Positions 1 through 10,131 of a stretch of 55,190 bases of DNA are shown here, piece by piece. Position 1 is the first letter of the stretch; each line of letters opens with the position of its first letter. The stretch covers positions 1-55,190 of the forward strand of contig CAYQCJ010000004.1 in assembly GCA_964416025.1 (NCBI GenBank), read 5' to 3'. The notes below the pieces were generated by a model. It was not told the DNA's origin, searched no databases, and was given only the letters and a program-made list of their open reading frames with translations. The stretch comes from an uncultured Staphylococcaceae bacterium. GTDB lineage: Bacteria; Bacillota_I; Bacilli_A; RFN20; CAG-826. The translations under genes were made by a program, and so were the position numbers.

Positions 1-225
1 TACATGCTTCAATGATATCAGGAATAGTTGAATGAGCTAAATTCTTGATAACTTTTACTAAAACTTGTCTTTGAATCGTGTTTCTTTCCATTTATTGCAA
101 TTCTTTCCTTATTAATAATTATTCTAAATAAGAAATAAGTAAATGTCAATATTTTTTTGAAAAAAGTGAAATAGTTTATTTTAGTTTAATTTTAATTTAC
201 AATATCCCATGGAGGAAATACCTAT

Positions 226-993
226 ATGAATAGATTAGAAGGAAAAGTTGCTATTATTACTGGAAGTAATTCAGGTGTTGGCGAAGCTACAGCTAAATTA
301 TTTAGTAAGGAAGGAGCAACAGTCGTTATTTGTGCTCGTCGTAAAGAAGCTTTAGAGAAAGTTGAAAAAGAAATTAAGGATGCCGGAGGAAAAGTTTTAG
401 CTGTTTCTACCGATATTTCAAAACTTGATCAAATTGAAACTTTATTTAAAGATACAATTGCTGCTTTTGGAAAAGTTGATATTTTAGTCAATAATGCTGG
501 TGTTTTAGACAGCGGACTTAAAGCTATCAACAAATTCTTAGATGATGATTTTGATAGAGTTGTTACTATCAATGAAAAAGGCACTATGATGTGCACTCGT
601 GAAGCCCTTAAATATATGGAACCAGCCAATAAAGGAACAATTGTTAATGTTGCTAGTGTTGCTGGACAATATGGATGTGGCGGCGCAGTTTATGTTGCTA
701 CTAAAGGCGCTATTATTGGTGTCACAAAACATACTGCTATGAGATTTACTGGAACTGGCATTAGATGTAATGCTGTTTGCCCAGGTACAATCATCACCCC
801 TATGACCACCACTCTTGATCAAAAGAGTCTTGATCAACAAATGTTTGGTGCTATGATGAAACACGCTGATATTATGCATGCTCAACCATGCCAAGCTGAA
901 GATGTTGCTAACATCCTCTTATTCTTATCAAGCGATGAATCACGTGCTTTAAACGGTCAAATTATTGTTTCTGACTTCGGCGCTGATTTATAA
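226..993 (+). CDS. Short-chain dehydrogenase/reductase (SDR family oxidoreductase)
   Basis: TGSNSGVG cofactor motif, NNAG, YVATK catalytic YxxxK; GGAGG RBS upstream. Confidence 0.95.
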   Translation: MNRLEGKVAIITGSNSGVGEATAKLFSKEGATVVICARRKEALEKVEKEIKDAGGKVLAVSTDISKLDQIETLFKDTIAAFGKVDILVNNAGVLDSGLKAINKFLDDDFDRVVTINEKGTMMCTREALKYMEPANKGTIVNVASVAGQYGCGGAVYVATKGAIIGVTKHTAMRFTGTGIRCNAVCPGTIITPMTTTLDQKSLDQQMFGAMMKHADIMHAQPCQAEDVANILLFLSSDESRALNGQIIVSDFGADL

Positions 994-1014
994 ACTTTAT
1001 AACAGTTTAAACAT

Positions 1015-1045
1015 AAAAGACTGATTGCCTCGCAATCAGTCTTTT
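1015..1045. terminator. Bidirectional intrinsic terminator between convergent SDR and PPTase
   Basis: Perfect 14-bp stem aaaagactgattgc-ctc-gcaatcagtctttt. Confidence 0.85.
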
Positions 1046-1633
1046 CTATTGTTTAATTTTGTTTATGAGTTCAACATTTATATCATCAGTATAACAAACT
1101 ATACACAAATCAAAGTCGACAATATAGAGATGGGCTTTCTTCATAATTACATGCGAAATTGGACAAATGGAGAGGCCTTTACCGGTGAATTTTGCAAAAG
1201 CTTCTTTTTTACACCATGCTTCTAGCAAGAATAAATCAGGATCTTTTGAATTATAATAATCAAATTGCTCATCAATATTTAGATAGGCTTTTACCGCCTT
1301 TTCGTTTTCTTTAATATGGTTTAAAGAATCGACATCAACTCCTAATTGACTCGATAAACTAATACCAATAAGAACAAAATCTCCAGTATTTGAAATATTA
1401 AAATTAAATCCATCAAAAAATGGTTTGCCATCATCATTAACATGAATTTCTTTAGATAATAAATCAATTTCAAAATATTTGTGCAAATAAATAGTCAAAA
1501 TTTTGTAACCAAATAAAGATAATTTTTTGTGTTTTTCATCTTTATATTTAGAACAATATTTTAAAATTGATTCATTTAATTGAATATCTAGTTCTTCATA
1601 TTTTGTTAATATCAATAATGTTTTTGGTTCCAT
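1046..1633 (-). CDS. 4'-phosphopantetheinyl transferase (Sfp/AcpT-like)
   Basis: GKPFF, FNISNT, LGVDVD and WCKKEAFAKFTGKG motifs. Confidence 0.9.
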   Translation of the reverse strand: MEPKTLLILTKYEELDIQLNESILKYCSKYKDEKHKKLSLFGYKILTIYLHKYFEIDLLSKEIHVNDDGKPFFDGFNFNISNTGDFVLIGISLSSQLGVDVDSLNHIKENEKAVKAYLNIDEQFDYYNSKDPDLFLLEAWCKKEAFAKFTGKGLSICPISHVIMKKAHLYIVDFDLCIVCYTDDINVELINKIKQ

Positions 1634-1674
1634 ACTTTTATAATATCATAATTTTAAATCATTCATATAAACAT

Positions 1675-1712
1675 AATTTATCGAAAAACCCCTGCAAAGA
1701 CCCCTTCTTTTT
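1675..1712 (-). repeat. Dispersed G-tract repeat, copy A
   Basis: Minus strand AAAAAGAAGGGGTCTTTGCAGGGGTTTTTCGATAAATT; matches copies at 10093-10131 and 21350-21390. Confidence 0.7.
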
Positions 1713-1718
1713 ATAAAA

Positions 1719-2666
1719 TTAGTTCTTTTTATATAATTTTATTTCGTTAATTTTAAAAGTAGTCTTTTGATAAACGTTGGAGTTGCCATTCGTTGCATCT
1801 TTATAATAATAGGTCGCTCCATCTATAGGAGTTCCGCTTGTTGGCATCTTAGAAGAATAATAAGAATTTACAAGATTACTAAACTCAATTGTAAAGAAGA
1901 AAATTTGCATATTTTGTGTATGTGTTGAATCGGTGGCATCGAAAGTACTCGAAATCAATTCATTATTAATTCCACTATATTTGATTTCACCCTTTGTTGA
2001 TCCCGAAACCGTTTCACCATTATCAATGTTTTCTTTTGAATCAAAATTAAATAAATCAGTTGAGTCACTAGTTTTCTTAGTAACGACACTATTTGCAGCA
2101 GTTGTAACCTCAGCAGCAGTCTTGTTTTCAGTAGCAAAAACACTGGTATAAATGTTAATTGCATCGGCCAATCCCACTCGCTTTTCAGTTACAGTATCGT
2201 CTCCAGTGCCACTTAAAACATAATTTAAAGTCGTTGTATCAAATAAATTTGAGAAGGAATTTAGGTTCATTGCAACCAAAGAATTACCATAACTAGAAGT
2301 AACTTCTAAAGCAAAAGTATATCTTGCTCCAGGAACTAAACCAGAAAAAGTAAAGTTGTAATTTGAACCTAAAGTCACAAAATCAGTTGTGTAATCTGTA
2401 ACTGTTTTACTTGGAGTAGTTAATTCTCCAGGATCGATATATCCACTCATTCCTTTACTTGTGTCGTTATTTTCATAATTACCAATAAAACTCTTAATGT
2501 TAAAAAACACTTCGTTAGAAGCTAAAACAATATTTCCTACATCCGCTTTGACAACACGATTAGAAATAAACCAAGCTAAAGTTGTGGAAAGCGTTCCAGT
2601 AAGCAGGATTATTTCTGAAAGAGAAATAATGATAATTTTTTTATTAAAATCGATTTTTTTCCTCAT
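1719..2666 (-). CDS. Secreted protein with SipW-cognate-class-like signal peptide (TasA/camelysin-like fibre subunit candidate)
   Basis: Start moved to MRKKIDFNKK (2666), just after the upstream stop; basic N-terminus, hydrophobic stretch, then TLSTTLAWF; YNFTFSGLVPG resembles the TasA-like 'nl.PG' segment. Confidence 0.65.
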   Translation of the reverse strand: MRKKIDFNKKIIIISLSEIILLTGTLSTTLAWFISNRVVKADVGNIVLASNEVFFNIKSFIGNYENNDTSKGMSGYIDPGELTTPSKTVTDYTTDFVTLGSNYNFTFSGLVPGARYTFALEVTSSYGNSLVAMNLNSFSNLFDTTTLNYVLSGTGDDTVTEKRVGLADAINIYTSVFATENKTAAEVTTAANSVVTKKTSDSTDLFNFDSKENIDNGETVSGSTKGEIKYSGINNELISSTFDATDSTHTQNMQIFFFTIEFSNLVNSYYSSKMPTSGTPIDGATYYYKDATNGNSNVYQKTTFKINEIKLYKKN

Positions 2667-2670
2667 ATCT

Positions 2671-5600
2671 CTACCAAATAACAGGTGCTCCATCAACATA
2701 GTGCCAATACCTAACAGTAGATTGTGTCTTATCTGCTGTGGTTTCGGCATAATAAATAGTTTCTTTAGTGTTTTTATTCCAAACATTGTTTACCCACTTA
2801 TTGGTGCTTGTATCAGCATAATGAAGAGCAACAAAATCGGCGTATTTATCTGATACATAAATATAAGCTTTCTTAGAATCTGTTCCGTTTCCAAAAGCTT
2901 CACTACTAATACTTATATTTGTTGAAATTGGCAAGACAACGCCAGTATAAGCACAATTTCTAAAAGCAGCTTCACCTATACTTAAGATATTTCCAGTTCT
3001 CGTTGTTTTATCATCAACGAAATTTAATATGGTACTTGCATTAGATGTTGTACCTGCTGTATCGACAGATTTAAAATTTGCTAAGTTTCCGCAACCATCA
3101 AATGTTGAGTTACTAACATACTTTAATGATGTAGGTAATGTAATAGTAGTTAAAGAACCAGAATCTTGAAATGCCCACCCATACATACTAATTAATCCAT
3201 TATTAAAATTAATGGTTGTTAAAGGCGAATTTTTGAAAAGATCCATACCAGTAATATTACATCCAGAATATGTTGAGAATGTTGTTTTAGCTCTAGGAAT
3301 ACAATATAAAACAGTTTGATTGCATGTTGTTCTTGAACTATTTACATATAAACATCCATCATAAGAAGTTAAATTTGTACCAACCAATTCAGCAGAATTA
3401 TAGGCAGTTCCTAAAGAAAAACCTCTACAATCTTCAATTCTACAAAAAACATTTAATCTTGCTGCCGTGCTCGTATCTGGAGCCTTATTAACATAATAAT
3501 TAGCATCAGGGAAATAAATATCAACAGCAGTTGGAAGTACGACATATGTTAACTTAGTTTTCATCAAACCATTATCACAAATGTAAGCTAAACTAGTTGG
3601 AAATACATAATTTGCATTATATGTTGTTCCTGTATAACCGACAATTTGTAAAGTATTATTGCATGCATAAAAACCAGATAATCCAATAAACGAGATTGTA
3701 TTTGGTAATTCAAATTTCTTAACGCTTGTGTCACCAGCAAATGCACCTTGTCCAATTTCAGTGACAGTATAAGAATTCCCATTATATACATGAGTTTCAG
3801 CAACTTTTATTGTTGCTGCATTTGCTGTTAAACCTAAAAAGGCATTAGTTTTAACATATCCCGTAATTGTAATGTGATTACCATTAGGTTCTTTCGTATT
3901 TTCTTTCTTTGTAGCATCATCAAAAATATAATAATAACCTTGGGTAGTTTCGCGCATTATATTGGTTTCAGCACCAATATTATAGTAAATACCATTTTTT
4001 AATGAACTAAATGGAGCACCATTATAGGACGATCCTTGATTTTGAGCATTACCATCAATTTTTCCATATGAACCAGTTGCACCTTCAAAATAAATAGTTA
4101 ACATCGAATTACTAGCAATAGAACCATCGATTTTATTTATCGATAAAGGAATATAAACATAAGGTAATTTTTGACAAGTGCCAAAAATATTGCCACCTAG
4201 TTCATTAACCCAGTTACCCCAATTAATCTTGCTTAAATTAGTACAAGAATCAAAAGCATTATCATTAATTTTGGTAGCTGAAGTTGAAGCGAGCGTTGCG
4301 TTAGCAGCATCTTTAAAAGTTAAAGTTGTGAAAAAATTACAATTTTGAAATGCATTGTTACCAATTCTTTTGTAATAACTAGTAGTACCAGTATTATCCA
4401 TTAAACTCGAAGGAATAATAAGTTCCACATTTTTGGTTGGAGTTATGCCTTTACCACAACTATTAAAAGCATTAGTCCCAATCGAAGCTAAATTACTTGT
4501 ATTAGTAGATGCCCCTTCAAACTCTAAAGAAGCAACTTTATATGTGTTTTGAAAAGCGCTATCTTCGATTGTAACAACCGATTTAGGAATTTTAAGACCA
4601 GTAATAGCAGTACAATTTAAAAACGCTTCTTTCTTAATTGTAATAAGAGAAGAAGGAAAAGTAACTGTTGTTAAAGCAGTACAATTATTAAAGGCGTCTT
4701 CGCCAATTATAGTTAATGAGGTAGCAGCACTCATATCAACAGAAGTAATTTTATTATTGTAATAAAAACTTTCTTTTCTAACTTCAACAACTGGTTTTCC
4801 ACCGATTGTAGCTGGAATTGTAATAGCTGTTCCATAACCAACATATCTAGTAATATAAGATTCTTCACCTTGCGAAATATATATAAAATCATTTTCAGTT
4901 CCGATAGCATCAATGCTCAAAATTACTTGAAGATAAGCAGTTGAATCGGTCGATGTACCGGTTTTATTTCCAATTCTATTCCAATCAGTATTGTAAGTTG
5001 TAGGAATAGCATCGGCTTGTAAATAAATTTCCGCTCCACTAATTCCCCTAAAAGCATATTTTTCAATGGTTACTGTAGAAATATTAGGTATATGAATATA
5101 GACAACACTCTCACAATGATAGAAAGCGTTCTCTCTAATTGTGGTAACTGTTGTTGGAATAATAATATCTTGTAGATATGTGCAATATGAAAATGCACTA
5201 GAACAAATCTCAATTAAACCATTTGGTAATTTGAAGTTTCCTACTGTGCCATCGTTAAGTCCGCCCAAATAATCGCAACCAGCAAAAGCATGATCCCAAA
5301 TCTTGGTAACAATCGAAGTATCAGCAAAACTAAAATAAGTTAAGTCTTTACAATCCTCGAATGTTCCTGGAAATATCTCAGTTGGTCCGCTAGGAAAAGT
5401 AAACGAAGTAAAGTTTGAATGCGTAAATGCTTGTTTACCCATCACAGTTAAATTAGTAGGCCATTGTGAAATGCTGACAAAATCAATATTACTAAAAGCA
5501 TTATTAGCAATCGAAGTAATTGTGTAAACTGTTCCTGCATCATCAACATAAGTATCTGGAAGTTTAATATAAGTTGTTTCAGTAGCATCTCCATAAGCAA

Positions 5601-5853
5601 CGGAACAAACATTATTTCCACTACCATCAGTCGCTGTTACGTATTTAAGGCCTTTAGTGTAGTCGCCTGTCGCATTATTTTCATATCGCACAGTGCCTTT
5701 TTGTTCAAATAATCTATTAGGGTTTCCATCTTCACTAACTTTCATTAATTCTTCAACTGAAAGCTCTGTATTAGTGCAAGCAGATAACATACTTAAACTT
5801 ACAACAGATAAACCAAACATCAACTTAACTTTTAAATTAAACATATTTTTCAT
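2671..5853 (-). CDS. BspA-type leucine-rich-repeat (LRR_5) lipoprotein, 1060 aa
   Basis: Lipobox LSMLSAC (Cys26); many 'I..xAF.xC..L..i.iP..v.tI' repeats. Confidence 0.9.
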   Translation of the reverse strand: MKNMFNLKVKLMFGLSVVSLSMLSACTNTELSVEELMKVSEDGNPNRLFEQKGTVRYENNATGDYTKGLKYVTATDGSGNNVCSVAYGDATETTYIKLPDTYVDDAGTVYTITSIANNAFSNIDFVSISQWPTNLTVMGKQAFTHSNFTSFTFPSGPTEIFPGTFEDCKDLTYFSFADTSIVTKIWDHAFAGCDYLGGLNDGTVGNFKLPNGLIEICSSAFSYCTYLQDIIIPTTVTTIRENAFYHCESVVYIHIPNISTVTIEKYAFRGISGAEIYLQADAIPTTYNTDWNRIGNKTGTSTDSTAYLQVILSIDAIGTENDFIYISQGEESYITRYVGYGTAITIPATIGGKPVVEVRKESFYYNNKITSVDMSAATSLTIIGEDAFNNCTALTTVTFPSSLITIKKEAFLNCTAITGLKIPKSVVTIEDSAFQNTYKVASLEFEGASTNTSNLASIGTNAFNSCGKGITPTKNVELIIPSSLMDNTGTTSYYKRIGNNAFQNCNFFTTLTFKDAANATLASTSATKINDNAFDSCTNLSKINWGNWVNELGGNIFGTCQKLPYVYIPLSINKIDGSIASNSMLTIYFEGATGSYGKIDGNAQNQGSSYNGAPFSSLKNGIYYNIGAETNIMRETTQGYYYIFDDATKKENTKEPNGNHITITGYVKTNAFLGLTANAATIKVAETHVYNGNSYTVTEIGQGAFAGDTSVKKFELPNTISFIGLSGFYACNNTLQIVGYTGTTYNANYVFPTSLAYICDNGLMKTKLTYVVLPTAVDIYFPDANYYVNKAPDTSTAARLNVFCRIEDCRGFSLGTAYNSAELVGTNLTSYDGCLYVNSSRTTCNQTVLYCIPRAKTTFSTYSGCNITGMDLFKNSPLTTINFNNGLISMYGWAFQDSGSLTTITLPTSLKYVSNSTFDGCGNLANFKSVDTAGTTSNASTILNFVDDKTTRTGNILSIGEAAFRNCAYTGVVLPISTNISISSEAFGNGTDSKKAYIYVSDKYADFVALHYADTSTNKWVNNVWNKNTKETIYYAETTADKTQSTVRYWHYVDGAPVIW

Positions 5854-5865
5854 ACTTGCTCCTTT

Positions 5866-8727
5866 CTAAACATTTGGATAGAAATAATATTTCTTTCTTG
5901 AAACTAATGTATCACCAAAATAATAACTATTTGACGTATATTTTGAATTTAAAACAACAGCATTAATCAGTGAATCATTGAGTGTTACATGTAAAACTGC
6001 ATTGGCATCAGTGTAAACCTGATACAAAGTGCTCGCTGATGTAAAATAAACTTCGGTATAAATTCCAGCTTTAGTATTTTCGGTAGAAGCAACTAAAGTT
6101 TCGCGTGGATCATAAAGCAAAAAGTCTAAATATTTAACGCTATCAAAATCAGTATAAACAACCTCATTTTCTCCAGTATTTCCTTCTAATTGGCCTTGAG
6201 CAGCCACATAATATATCTTCATTGAATTAGATGGGCAAGCAATAAAATATTCTCCTTGAGGAACAAAGAAAGTATGAGCAAATAATCTTTCTGTAGCATT
6301 GGTTTCAATAGTAGATTGTGTAGTTGTAGTTCCATTATCTGGATTATAAGTAAAATAAGAAAATCCATCAACATCACTCCCTATTCCAGGAATAAAAGTT
6401 GAATACATTGGTCTTAAAGCCGCTTGGTTAATTTTTCCAGCCCCAGCTAAAGATTGCTCTTTTTTATAAAGAGAAACATATCTTCCAGTATTTCCGTAAT
6501 TTGAAGCCATTACGGTAATATTAGCTCCGTTTTCATTTGAAACTTTACAATAAATAGATGAAGAAGCATAAGTATTATTGTCATATGTAATAGTTGAAAA
6601 ATCGTTTCCAGGAGCAGAAATCGACAAATAAGAATCAAGAGACGTTATATTTGTTTCAGTTCCGTCAGTTGCTACGTTTCTTACCATGACTCCAAAATCT
6701 GGATCTAATGGCTCGATTTGTTCGCCTTTTTTATCTCTCAATTTATATTTAAAATAATTTTTCAATAAATCACAATTAGTATTGTAAAAATAATTGCCTT
6801 TTATTGACGATGAAAAAGGCGATTTAATTATGTAATTAATACGCTTTTCATAACGAGAATTCCAAGTATATTCATCAGAATATGTTGGCATATGCGTTTG
6901 TTGTTCAATACGATATTTATTAGCACTGATCGAATTGGAATCCATTGTCCAAACGCTAGATTCAGATACGGCTGGAGTATTTGTGGTTGTATCAGTAGGA
7001 ACATATTCAGCAGTCGTATAATAAAATTCTGTAAATTCTTTGTTCGCTACTTTTGAAACATTATAAGATCCAAATCCATCAAGATAATAAGTAGCTAAAG
7101 GGTGACCATCATAGCCTTTATTATCGTAATTTGCCGTTGCTAACTTAAAAATACCTAATCCACGGTCTTTTGTCGAGGTATCTGAAATAACTTGTTGTCC
7201 AATATAATCAAGAGTATTAGAAGCATTTGTTATGTATTTAAAATTAGTCATATCTCGACGTAAGAATTCATCAAATAATCCTGAATCTTGAGGTTTGTAT
7301 GTATAATACGCATATTGATTTCCTTTAGAATCGGCTAAATTACTCGCTCCTTTTGTGGCTTCAGCAGTTCCTCTAATTGTGTTATACATTTCAGTAAAGT
7401 TAATAACACCAGTATCACCTGATTTTTCATACATTTCTGAAGGCGAGAATCCATTTAAAATATTGACACCAACTTCACCAATTAAACCGATTGATGATTC
7501 AGCTTTTAAGTGTGTATAAGTTGAGGCAGTACCATAATTTAAATGGATTCCGCCTTGATCTTTTGCATTGTAAACATAACAATTTTGAACGCTACCGTCG
7601 GTATGTCCAACAATGTAACCAACATTGTTTCCGTGAGCATATTCGGTATATGTTCCTTCAGTTCCACTAACATAATCTCTATAGGCTTTCATTGTAATTA
7701 CAGGTTTATCGTTTGTATCAAAATTGTTAATAAATTTAATCAAATAACTCGATAAAACCTTTGAATAAGAAACATAATTTAAGGTTCTAGAAGCCGTTAA
7801 TGAAATACGAAAATCAATTTCACTATGATTTGTTGTCATGAATGTATTGGTTGCTGAATCATTAATAAATTGCGCAGTATCGATTGAAACAACATTATTT
7901 TCATAAGGTAAAACAATACTTGAAGAACTCTTTACTGATTTCTCATAATCAGGAGATAATGTAGGAAAAACCGCCGTAAAAGTTCCACCAGTAAACGCAC
8001 TTTGAGAATAGATGGCGGTGCCAGTAGATGGAATTTCAGTAGGTGTTCCGCCATTTTCAGTAAAACTTAAAATGGCACCAGTTGCTGCATCATCTGCATA
8101 TAAATAGCCCATTTCATTGGTGTTATAACCATCGTTATAAACATTTAAAGAAGAGAAAATACAGTTCTTGACTAAAGCTTGGGAAGCGACATAACCAAAA
8201 ACTCCAACATCTTCAGGAGATGAATGAATTGTTAAACCAACAACCGGAATATTCTTTCCATCATATTGACCATAAAATGGGACAGATTCACTACCGATTG
8301 AAAGTAAATTACTAGAATAAGTGTCGCCACTCATATCTAAATATGTTGAATATGGATCGGCATCACTATCGACCGATGAGTCAGTTTTATAAACTAAATA
8401 AACACCTGGTTGATTAGTTGGATCTAATTCATAACCGAGTTGAAAATAAGTTTTAGTTCCGAAAACACCGAGGTTTTGTAATCTAGTTAAATTATAAAAA
8501 TGAATTGGACGAGTGATAACATATGGTTTTTCTGCCGTTCCGTCTCCGACATAGCTTGCTGAAGTATGGAAGTAATTTCTTAAACCAACTTGTCCTTCCA
8601 TGTTGTAACTAAATTCAGTTTTTGTAGCGTAATAATAGGCAAAACTCAAAGAAACAGCTAATGCTGATACTCCACTAAGGATTACCAATCCTTTCAAAAA
8701 TGTTTGCTTTATAAATCTACTATTCAC
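5866..8727 (-). CDS. Large secreted protein with SipW-class-like signal peptide and GLUG-type beta-helical adhesin region, 953 aa
   Basis: N-terminal LAVSLSFAYY; GDGTAEKPYVIT, FYGQYDGKN, VGVFGYV and VGYIVGH motifs typical of GLUG-containing surface proteins. Confidence 0.65.
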   Translation of the reverse strand: MNSRFIKQTFLKGLVILSGVSALAVSLSFAYYYATKTEFSYNMEGQVGLRNYFHTSASYVGDGTAEKPYVITRPIHFYNLTRLQNLGVFGTKTYFQLGYELDPTNQPGVYLVYKTDSSVDSDADPYSTYLDMSGDTYSSNLLSIGSESVPFYGQYDGKNIPVVGLTIHSSPEDVGVFGYVASQALVKNCIFSSLNVYNDGYNTNEMGYLYADDAATGAILSFTENGGTPTEIPSTGTAIYSQSAFTGGTFTAVFPTLSPDYEKSVKSSSSIVLPYENNVVSIDTAQFINDSATNTFMTTNHSEIDFRISLTASRTLNYVSYSKVLSSYLIKFINNFDTNDKPVITMKAYRDYVSGTEGTYTEYAHGNNVGYIVGHTDGSVQNCYVYNAKDQGGIHLNYGTASTYTHLKAESSIGLIGEVGVNILNGFSPSEMYEKSGDTGVINFTEMYNTIRGTAEATKGASNLADSKGNQYAYYTYKPQDSGLFDEFLRRDMTNFKYITNASNTLDYIGQQVISDTSTKDRGLGIFKLATANYDNKGYDGHPLATYYLDGFGSYNVSKVANKEFTEFYYTTAEYVPTDTTTNTPAVSESSVWTMDSNSISANKYRIEQQTHMPTYSDEYTWNSRYEKRINYIIKSPFSSSIKGNYFYNTNCDLLKNYFKYKLRDKKGEQIEPLDPDFGVMVRNVATDGTETNITSLDSYLSISAPGNDFSTITYDNNTYASSSIYCKVSNENGANITVMASNYGNTGRYVSLYKKEQSLAGAGKINQAALRPMYSTFIPGIGSDVDGFSYFTYNPDNGTTTTQSTIETNATERLFAHTFFVPQGEYFIACPSNSMKIYYVAAQGQLEGNTGENEVVYTDFDSVKYLDFLLYDPRETLVASTENTKAGIYTEVYFTSASTLYQVYTDANAVLHVTLNDSLINAVVLNSKYTSNSYYFGDTLVSRKKYYFYPNV

Positions 8728-8732
8728 GATAA

Positions 8733-9551
8733 TTACCCGTTATTTTGCCTTACATCGATGGAAAAACCGTAATCCATGTAGAATTTATATTTATCAAGAA
8801 TTTGATCATCAGAATATTTGCTTAGTGAGTCTTGGTTATAATCAAGATTAATGTATAAAGTTGTAACTGTCGTTAAAGATGTGTCAGTAACAACCGGTCC
8901 ACTAACAGGAGACGTCGACTCAATTAAGGCAACTTTATCAATGGTAGTTTCACCAGTTCTAAAAGATTCTTTAGTTGTTGTTGTTTTTTCGGCGTATTGT
9001 TTTGCTTTATAAAAAATATTGTCGTTAGCAGTTGGATTAACGTTTGTTATTGTTTCTGCATCGAGGGTTTCTTGATTTAAACAAACAAAATCTAAATAAT
9101 TACCGACTCCATCAGTATATCCAGTTGGTTTGTTTGCTATTTTTCTATTAGCATAAACATTAAAATCATAACCACAATTAGCTGTTACAGTGATATCAAG
9201 TTTTAAAACAAGATTTGTTTTTAATTCTGATAAAGTAACGTCTTTATAGATAGTTAAATAAACCGGATCATATAAATTCATAATGCAATCGTCGGTTGCA
9301 TGGGTATTTACAGAACCTTTTGTGTAATCAAAAAATCCAGTATTAGTGCCTATTTCTTCAAAATCATATCTATATGCAGTAGTTTGAATTGAATCAATAC
9401 TTAATGAACCAGCTTCAATCTCAATCAAATCAGTGACTTTTTTGTTAGCAATTAACCACGCAAAAGTAGTTGAACAAATCATTAAACCAATAACAGATAT
9501 ATTCAACAAACAAATCAAGCAAACTTTGGTCTTATTAAATTTCTTTTTCAA
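8733..9551 (-). CDS. Secreted protein with SipW-cognate-class-like signal peptide, 272 aa
   Basis: MKKKFNK + hydrophobic helix + CSTTFAWL, followed by IEAGSLSI. Confidence 0.7.
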   Translation of the reverse strand: MKKKFNKTKVCLICLLNISVIGLMICSTTFAWLIANKKVTDLIEIEAGSLSIDSIQTTAYRYDFEEIGTNTGFFDYTKGSVNTHATDDCIMNLYDPVYLTIYKDVTLSELKTNLVLKLDITVTANCGYDFNVYANRKIANKPTGYTDGVGNYLDFVCLNQETLDAETITNVNPTANDNIFYKAKQYAEKTTTTKESFRTGETTIDKVALIESTSPVSGPVVTDTSLTTVTTLYINLDYNQDSLSKYSDDQILDKYKFYMDYGFSIDVRQNNG

Positions 9552-9808
9552 CTTTTTTTCCGCTCAAAAATCTTGTTTTCAAGTTTTTAGATTATACATT
9601 AATAAACCTAATATTTACATATATATGTTATATATATAAAATTACTATACCTAATAAATTGACAAAAAATTAATAAAAAATTATGATGAACTCGGTAAAA
9701 TTTACCAAATATTAATATGTAAAAATATAATTAAAATATTTATTTTTATTAAATAATACTAGTCGTTTTCTACGAAAGTGTTTATAATTTTTCTAGGAGG
9801 ATTTCAAT

Positions 9809-10033
9809 ATGAAATGGTTTAATAGTTTACCAAGATTAGTCCAAATACTTCTTCTTCTTATTCCAGGTGTCAACTGGGTAGTCGAAATTGTAGTTAGATG
9901 GAGTGCCGCATTAACTCATAAAGATGTCGGTCATATCTTAGTTGCTTTATTAGTCACCATCTTCGGCGTCGTTGTCGGTTGGCTCGATGTCATTTGGTGC
10001 TTATTATTCAAACATTTAGTTTACGCTAAATAA
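9809..10033 (+). CDS. Small integral membrane protein, 74 aa
   Basis: AGGAGG RBS; almost entirely hydrophobic helices; own terminator downstream. Confidence 0.8.
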   Translation: MKWFNSLPRLVQILLLLIPGVNWVVEIVVRWSAALTHKDVGHILVALLVTIFGVVVGWLDVIWCLLFKHLVYAK

Positions 10034-10058
10034 TTGAATCAACAACAAATTGAAACAT

Positions 10059-10085
10059 AAAAGAAACTCGTATAGAGTTTCTTTT
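10059..10085. terminator. Intrinsic terminator
   Basis: aaaagaaactc-gtata-gagtttctttt between convergent genes. Confidence 0.8.
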
Positions 10086-10092
10086 ATTTTGG

Positions 10093-10131
10093 AAAATAAG
10101 GGGTATTTGCAGGGGTTATTGATAAATTTCC
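10093..10131 (+). repeat. Dispersed G-tract repeat, copy B, overlapping the stop codon of the E2-like gene
   Basis: AAAATAAGGGGTATTTGCAGGGGTTATTGATAAATTTCC. Confidence 0.7.

Noticed and set aside
2667-2786. N-terminal 40-aa extension of the 1719-2786 ORF
   Set aside because: Overlaps the LRR gene; the signal-peptide-bearing start at 2666 fits the operon packing
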